The notes under the pieces were generated by a model that saw nothing but the letters and a program-made list of their open reading frames with translations, made no database searches and was not told where the DNA came from. From Candidatus Poribacteria bacterium (lineage in GTDB: Bacteria; Poribacteria; WGA-4E; UBA9662): DNA of 22,183 bases. Where the stretch lies: the NCBI GenBank assembly GCA_036339735.1, contig JAYZAL010000091.1:1-22183 (forward strand), read 5' to 3'. Positions within the stretch are counted from its first letter, which is position 1. The number at the start of each line of letters is the position of its first letter. A program made the translations under genes and the position numbers. This document shows, piece by piece, positions 16,762-22,183 of this stretch.

Positions 16762-17796
16762 ATGAATCAAGAAAACAGTATTGTGACTAGGTTAGACCTC
16801 TGCCGGAGGATTGAATCGTTGCCGCGAGTAAATATTGGGCATTATCCTACTCCATTAGAGCCCTGTCCTCGTTTGTCAAAAGCGCTAGGAGGACCAAAAA
16901 TTTACATTAAACGTGAGGATTGTTCAGGGGTAGCTTTTGGTGGGAATAAGATTCGCCAGTTGATTTTTACTATTGGTGAAGCCATGTATCAGGGAGCTGA
17001 CACTATAGTACATGGCGCGACCGCACAATCGAACCACTGTCGTCAAGCTGCGGCAGTGGCAGCCCAGCTGGGATTGAAATGCTACCTACGCCTTTCTCGT
17101 AACCATAAGAGTTTGGTGCAAGGAAATCTACTTTTGGATCATCTGACGGGTGCGAATGTCGAATTAGTCGATGCACCGTTTGGTCCTGAACTGGATGTTG
17201 TTAAATACGCTGTAGCGGATCAATTACGAGCGGATGGTCTTAGGCCATACGTAATTGCAGCGCCTCGGTCTACTGCTTTGGCTGCTGTTGCTTTCTCTTG
17301 GTGTATGGCTGAAATCCATCAGCAACAGCAAGAAATGGGAATTGAAGCTGACTTGATCTATGCTGGGTCAGCAGGTGGAACGCAAGCCGGATTGATCCTT
17401 GGATCAAAAGCATTGGGTATGAAGTTACAATCGGTAGGAGTATCGCCAATTTATTGGGAGGATAAAATTGATCGTATTCAGCAAGCCGCTAACAGTGCAG
17501 CCGAACTCTTGAAGTTGGATATTCAGATAGATGGTAACGAAATCAATAACACTGATGCGTATATCGGGCAGGCATATGGAGTGCTGACCCCGGAATGTAT
17601 TCAGGCACTGAAAATTGTTGCGCAAATGGAGGGTGTTTTTCTCGATCCAGTATATACTAGTAAAGCCTTTGCAGGTTTGATTGATCATATTCGAAAGGGC
17701 AAAATTTCTTCCGATCAAACCGTGATTTTTTTACATACTGGAGGAACACCAGCACTGTTTGCGTATAATCAAGAATTGACAGACGTTTCAATTTAA
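16762..17796 (+). CDS. PLP-dependent D-cysteine desulfhydrase / ACC deaminase-family enzyme (DcyD-like)
   Basis: PTPLE, IKRED, FGGNKIR (PLP Lys63), QSNHCRQ, GNLLLD, SAGGTQAG, LDPVYTSKA, FLHTGG. Thr at both positions where true ACC deaminases have Glu and Leu (DPVYEGK, AHLGG). Confidence 0.88.
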   Translation: MNQENSIVTRLDLCRRIESLPRVNIGHYPTPLEPCPRLSKALGGPKIYIKREDCSGVAFGGNKIRQLIFTIGEAMYQGADTIVHGATAQSNHCRQAAAVAAQLGLKCYLRLSRNHKSLVQGNLLLDHLTGANVELVDAPFGPELDVVKYAVADQLRADGLRPYVIAAPRSTALAAVAFSWCMAEIHQQQQEMGIEADLIYAGSAGGTQAGLILGSKALGMKLQSVGVSPIYWEDKIDRIQQAANSAAELLKLDIQIDGNEINNTDAYIGQAYGVLTPECIQALKIVAQMEGVFLDPVYTSKAFAGLIDHIRKGKISSDQTVIFLHTGGTPALFAYNQELTDVSI

Positions 17797-17970
17797 CTGA
17801 TTTTACAATTTTCTAGATTTTAATAGCGCTTTCATCTGGAGTTAGTTGTTTCGCAATGTGCAATTTAGGGCATCGCTCACAAAAACTGAACATTTCTCGC
17901 CTTTATGTTGGACGTCCCTTTTTGGTCTGGAGCTATAATTTAGAATACCTCTTGTGGCCATGATGTTGGT

Positions 17971-18006
17971 GAACTTACTAATACTGGTATATGTATTAGT
18001 AAGTTC
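17971..18006. repeat. Perfect 14-bp inverted repeat with an 8-nt spacer
   Basis: GAACTTACTAATAC-tggtatat-GTATTAGTAAGTTC, in the intergenic region between the DcyD-like gene and the second transporter gene. Confidence 0.85.
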
Positions 18007-18036
18007 CACTTCGGTTTTCGTTGTGTGTCAGGATTC

Positions 18037-18091
18037 CCTGCTGCGTAGCAGTAGGCTTACCCTTGCCCATGCGTAGCATGGTCTTACTGCT
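18037..18091. repeat. Two tandem hairpins sharing the core TGCGTAGCA (REP-like or structured RNA)
   Basis: CCTGCTGC-GTA-GCAGTAGG (18037-18055, one G-T pair) and CCATGC-GTA-GCATGG (18067-18081). Each is followed by CTTAC. Confidence 0.7.
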
Positions 18092-18243
18092 TTACCACTC
18101 TATTAGTTCGATTCAACCTCAAACTTATTGAGAAGTAATTAAGGCAGCAAAGCATCATTGAAATGGAACTGCCATTTTGGTATTATCCACGGGGAGTTAA
18201 AACGAATGAGTGTCTGAAGAAGTGACATGCTTCTACAACCGTC

Positions 18244-20235
18244 TTGTCGCTGGATACGGGTAAATACAGATTGAAATTGAATCAACAGTATCAAAAAGGA
18301 CAACCATTTACGATTCGTTACTTTAGAATCCTACCCTTGACTTTCATATGGATTGCCCTTCAAACAGGACTCTATGGTTATATTCATCTTAACGGTTTGG
18401 GTCAGTTCATCGCCAACCACTTACCAGTTGGCAGTGTTTTTTGCTTAACTATTTTTGCTTTCTTACTCAATCCGATCCTTTCCCGATTTGGACCAGCCGC
18501 ATCTTTTAATACGGCAGAATTAACACTCTGTTGGGTTATGATAACCGCTGCGGCTTCCGTTCCTGGTTATGGGTTGATGGAGTTTATTTTTCCTTATGTT
18601 GCTGCTCCTGCTTATTTTTCTACTTCGGAGAATCAGTGGGCAGAACTGATTCTTCCACATTTGAAAGAGTGGCTCTATGTCGCTGATCAATCAGCCTTAA
18701 ACAAGTTTTGGGTTGGTATTGATCTACATCAAACAATTCCATGGCAGATTTGGGTTAGGCCTGTCGCGATCGCTGCCATTTTCGGGTTATCTTTCTTCTT
18801 TTCGGTTTGTTGTTGGGCGGTCATTCTACGTCGTCAGTGGGTGGAGCGCGTTCGATACACTTTTCCACTAGTGCAAGTTGCCGCCAATTTAACTCAAGCA
18901 GATCTGAATCAGAAAGCGTTTCAACCCGTATTTCGTAATCGGTTCTTTATTTTTGGTATTACATTCGCCGTTGCGGTTCATCTGGTGCGGGGTTTGCATC
19001 AATTCTATCCCTTTTTTCCTAATATCCCCCTCGATTACCCAATTCGGCAATTCTTTCCCAACAAACCGTGGCTAGCTATTGTCAGTGGATGGCCACTTTT
19101 ATTTCGGCTTCGGCTATCGGTTGTTGGCGTTACTTACTTCTTGCTACCTGATGTGACTATTAGTATTTGGTTTTTTTTCTTATTCTACAAGTTTCAGGAA
19201 GTTGCTATCTCTGCTTTCTCCATCGCTCGTGTCAATACACAGCAACAGGTAATGGGTGCGGTCTTAGTCCTAATGGCCGTTTCGACTTGGCAAGCACGAA
19301 AACATCTCCTCGCTGTTTGTCAAAAGACCTTTACTAATCCAGTTGACTCGGTCTTAATAGATGATAAAAATGAGCCGTTATCTTATCGTTCTGCTCTGTT
19401 GGGTATGGTCGGCGGTTTCGTGTTTATGGGGACGATGGCAGTTACAATGGGGATGTCGGTTTGGATAGCCATCTTATTTATCCTACTGATGTGGATTTTG
19501 GCCACTACAGCAGCTTGGCATGTTTCCAATGCAGGATGTTTGCTAGTCAATGTTGGTTTCACTCCATTCAGTTTTTTTCGCATGATCTTTGGTGGGCGTG
19601 CGTTAGGAGTTCGTAACCTAATCTTGTTGAGTTTTGACAGATCTTCTATTCCTAATTGGTCATCGCAATCGTTAATGGCATACTCGATCCAGAATTTTCG
19701 CTTAGCAAACATTCATAATCTTCCGTCCAGAAACATGAGACTGACACAGTGGATGCTTTTGGCGGTTGTATTGTCGATCGTGATCACGTTCTTTACCACT
19801 TTGACTTGGATCCATCGAAAAGGTGCAGTCAACTTGACCCATTGGATTTTCAATGTAGGTCCTGGGGCGATGCGTCGATCAGTCAATGAGATCTTGAATC
19901 CATCGTCTCCAAATCTACCTGGTATTTTGAGTGCAGGCACTGGTGGGATCATTATGTCAGGACTTATTTTTATGCGACAGCGCTTTTTGTGGTGGCCATT
20001 TCATCCGCTTGGTTATGCGCTTGGTGTGACGTGGGCGCCATCTCGTCTTTGGTTTTCGACCCTAATTGGTTGGGCTATTAAATTTCTGATCCTGCGGTTC
20101 GGTGGGTTTCGTGCCTTGCGGAAAGGTCAACCATTTTTCTTAGGCTTGATTATCGGTGAGTATTTTATGGCTGCCGTTTGGCAAATTTTAGCTTTGAAAA
20201 CGGGCGTTGGATATTGGGGAGGACCACCCAGTTGA
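18244..20235 (+). CDS. Large polytopic membrane protein, DUF6785/DUF6784-like (putative OPT-related transporter), copy 2
   Basis: 663 aa; collinear motifs shared with 11454-13373: STSENQW, ILRRQWVERVRYTFPL, EPLSYR, LGVRNL, WWPFHPLGY, PFFLGLIIGE. Start codon uncertain (several TTG candidates at 18244-18277). Confidence 0.75.
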   Translation: MSLDTGKYRLKLNQQYQKGQPFTIRYFRILPLTFIWIALQTGLYGYIHLNGLGQFIANHLPVGSVFCLTIFAFLLNPILSRFGPAASFNTAELTLCWVMITAAASVPGYGLMEFIFPYVAAPAYFSTSENQWAELILPHLKEWLYVADQSALNKFWVGIDLHQTIPWQIWVRPVAIAAIFGLSFFFSVCCWAVILRRQWVERVRYTFPLVQVAANLTQADLNQKAFQPVFRNRFFIFGITFAVAVHLVRGLHQFYPFFPNIPLDYPIRQFFPNKPWLAIVSGWPLLFRLRLSVVGVTYFLLPDVTISIWFFFLFYKFQEVAISAFSIARVNTQQQVMGAVLVLMAVSTWQARKHLLAVCQKTFTNPVDSVLIDDKNEPLSYRSALLGMVGGFVFMGTMAVTMGMSVWIAILFILLMWILATTAAWHVSNAGCLLVNVGFTPFSFFRMIFGGRALGVRNLILLSFDRSSIPNWSSQSLMAYSIQNFRLANIHNLPSRNMRLTQWMLLAVVLSIVITFFTTLTWIHRKGAVNLTHWIFNVGPGAMRRSVNEILNPSSPNLPGILSAGTGGIIMSGLIFMRQRFLWWPFHPLGYALGVTWAPSRLWFSTLIGWAIKFLILRFGGFRALRKGQPFFLGLIIGEYFMAAVWQILALKTGVGYWGGPPS

Positions 20236-20402
20236 AGTTTTTAAATAGTACTCCTCCTTGGTTTTCTTATGAGCAATTTTATTTGGCTAATTCGTCAATA
20301 CTGTTTTGTCGAAATGAATAAATTATTAAAAGGCTGAAAACTATCGTAACTTTCTGAGACCTCCATCGTAAGGTATAGAACAAACCAAATTAGGGTAAGA
20401 CT

Positions 20403-20717
20403 ATGAACACTCTCACGCAATTGTTGTTATACACAGCCATTAGCCTATTAAGCATACGGGGGCTGGATACATTGATTAAAAACTTGTCGCGAAAGATGTC
20501 AAGGTATCAGTTAGAAGCATATAATACAGTCGGAATTGTTAAGTGGTTTCAGCATCAACAACTTCGGATTTACCGGATTGTACCAATATCAATTTTGTTG
20601 TTTATTTCGGGAAGTCTATTATGTCTTTCCACCGTAATTGGATTTGGCCAGCAAAACTCAAATGTGGGTGTCGCGTTATTGATAGCTTCTATTCTTAACT
20701 TGTTCATTGAATTATAA
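20403..20717 (+). CDS. Hypothetical small membrane protein (about 3 TM segments)
   Basis: 104-aa ORF with ATG, filling an otherwise empty gap; one N-terminal and two C-terminal hydrophobic stretches; no recognisable family. Confidence 0.6.
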   Translation: MNTLTQLLLYTAISLLSIRGLDTLIKNLSRKMSRYQLEAYNTVGIVKWFQHQQLRIYRIVPISILLFISGSLLCLSTVIGFGQQNSNVGVALLIASILNLFIEL

Positions 20718-20770
20718 TGTAGCAACGGTCAGAATGCTGGATTACTTGACGGTAAGTGTCTCTGTAAAAA

Positions 20771-22090
20771 CTAAATATCTTTCAATAAAATATTAGATGG
20801 AGATCGTTCGATTTCCTGATTTAAAGCTTCCAATGTTTGAGATAGGCGTTTGGATTCGCCGGATTCATGGATGTGAATATCTCCTAACCCGTGTTCGTCA
20901 ATAGCTTGCAAAACGAAGCTAACGCTGAGGTTCTCAACACTCCTAGCTGGTTGGTAAGATGTGTCCTGAGAGTTTTTCTTTCCCACTTCATTAATAATTT
21001 TTGAGTTCATTAGGTCAGTAATACATTGTCTTACCAGTCGTACTGGAGCGTGTAGAATGGCTGAAATCTCTTCAGCTGTCAGTGAACTCTTCGCCTCTAC
21101 AAAATTTTTTACTAATAAATTGGTGATTAAAAGAGTCACTAGTTTTTTGAAGGAAGGTTTTACCTCTTGGCTTCCCAACGCAAATTCATAGCGATTGATA
21201 TGTTGATTAGCAAAAGCAATTTCTGCACCTAATAGCAAGATCAGCCATGCTGTTTGTATCCAGATAAGCAGGAGTGGGAGGAAAGCAAAACTACCGTAGA
21301 TAGCATTGTATTTTGATATTCCCATTTGCGACTTGAAGAAAATCCACTGAGACAATTGAAAAGTTGTTCCAACTATGATACCAGCAACTAAGGCCGACTT
21401 GAAGTTGACCTTAGTATTCGGTACAACTACGTAGATCATAGTAAACAGCAACCATATGAGACCAAAAGGGACTAACTTCATCAACAGAAATAGGTGGCCT
21501 AATAATTCCATATCTTTGCTTAGATCTTGGATTATTGCAGTAATAAATACAGTTGTACTTTGGGCTAAGATAAATAGTATTGGGGCGATCACCATAATGG
21601 AAAGTAAATCGGTGAAATTTCTGATCCATGGACGTGAGTTTTTTATCTCCCATATATCGTTAAGTGCAGCTTCAATATGACGTAGAACCCGAGTTGCAGC
21701 CCACATAAGTACGATAAGTCCGACGCCAGCAATCAAGCTTCCTCTGGTACTTTCAAGTAGAAGCTTTGCCTTACTTATTATCCAATCAACACCTTCTTGG
21801 GCAACCATATCTCGGCTGGCGATTTTCTCTTGCAATAGTAACTCTAATGTTTGTTCAAAACCAAATCCTTTGGCAATGCCAAAAACCATTGCTAATATTG
21901 GAATTAGTGAAAGGATAGAATAAAAAGTCAGTGCAGCAGCGCGAAGTTGGCATTTATCTCGATTAAATCCTTTAAAAGCTAGTATTAAAACTCTTACTTG
22001 TTTAATTAAGGGTGATTGCCACCTAGGTAATTGATCAAGAGGAAGTTCCCAAATATGGGACTGAATAAAGTCTGTAATTTTAGGAAACAT
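20771..22090 (-). CDS. YihY/virulence factor BrkB family membrane protein with a C-terminal winged-HTH-like extension
   Basis: AAALTFYSILSLIP, IEAALNDIW, IYVVVPNTKV, YNAIYGSFAFLPLLLIW, LLGAEIAF; soluble tail with LTAEEISAILHAPVRLVRQCITDL and YQPAR (Rrf2-like HTH pattern). Confidence 0.9.
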   Translation of the reverse strand: MFPKITDFIQSHIWELPLDQLPRWQSPLIKQVRVLILAFKGFNRDKCQLRAAALTFYSILSLIPILAMVFGIAKGFGFEQTLELLLQEKIASRDMVAQEGVDWIISKAKLLLESTRGSLIAGVGLIVLMWAATRVLRHIEAALNDIWEIKNSRPWIRNFTDLLSIMVIAPILFILAQSTTVFITAIIQDLSKDMELLGHLFLLMKLVPFGLIWLLFTMIYVVVPNTKVNFKSALVAGIIVGTTFQLSQWIFFKSQMGISKYNAIYGSFAFLPLLLIWIQTAWLILLLGAEIAFANQHINRYEFALGSQEVKPSFKKLVTLLITNLLVKNFVEAKSSLTAEEISAILHAPVRLVRQCITDLMNSKIINEVGKKNSQDTSYQPARSVENLSVSFVLQAIDEHGLGDIHIHESGESKRLSQTLEALNQEIERSPSNILLKDI

Positions 22091-22183
22091 GAAAGACTCT
22101 AATTCGATTCGTCATTCAGCGATTTGATTAGGTGCTTATAATAAGCTGAAAAAAATGTTTTTTGGCAAAATGTGCGATGTCGA

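Noticed and set aside
16762-17796. Calling this gene acdS (ACC deaminase)
   Set aside because: The diagnostic Glu and Leu residues are both Thr.
18037-18091. Mini CRISPR array
   Set aside because: Only two degenerate units with a 28-nt period, no spacer-length unique sequence, and no cas genes.
20251-20259. Strong SD-like AAGGAGGAG on the minus strand
   Set aside because: No start codon at a suitable distance, and it points antisense into the transporter-like gene.
22162-22176. TGGCAAAATGTGCG as a second sigma-54 site
   Set aside because: GG-to-GC spacing is 8 rather than the required 10.

Overview
AT-rich bacterial chromosomal window with about 17 protein-coding genes, one pseudogene remnant, and no rRNA, tRNA, CRISPR array or transposase that I can see. 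The gene repertoire points by inference to Candidatus Poribacteria: dockerin plus 'NYPNPFNPETWIP' C-terminus, a '...P.GK.LT.WG.IK' C-terminal tail, paired DUF6785/DUF6784-like membrane proteins and a PhyH-like remnant. From left to right: urea ABC transporter binding protein UrtA (cut by the window edge, missing from the ORF track) behind a near-consensus sigma-54 promoter; a GT-C/GT39-like glycosyltransferase; a minus-strand run (plant AAE17/18-like acyl-CoA synthetase, thiolase, secreted Ig-repeat/dockerin protein, secreted double-cohesin protein, unannotated 50-aa membrane protein, TrpF-family isomerase); two paralogous ~650-aa OPT-like membrane proteins bracketing a catabolic cluster (MDR dehydrogenase lacking structural-Zn cysteines, SDR with YxxxR, PhyH-like pseudogene, PHP hydrolase, D-cysteine desulfhydrase-like enzyme); a small membrane protein; and a YihY/BrkB-family protein. 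The best candidate for an undescribed system is the adjacent, non-catalytic cohesin-dockerin gene pair, whose two proteins carry different C-terminal sorting-like tails. All family assignments come from motif recognition by eye, not from database searches.
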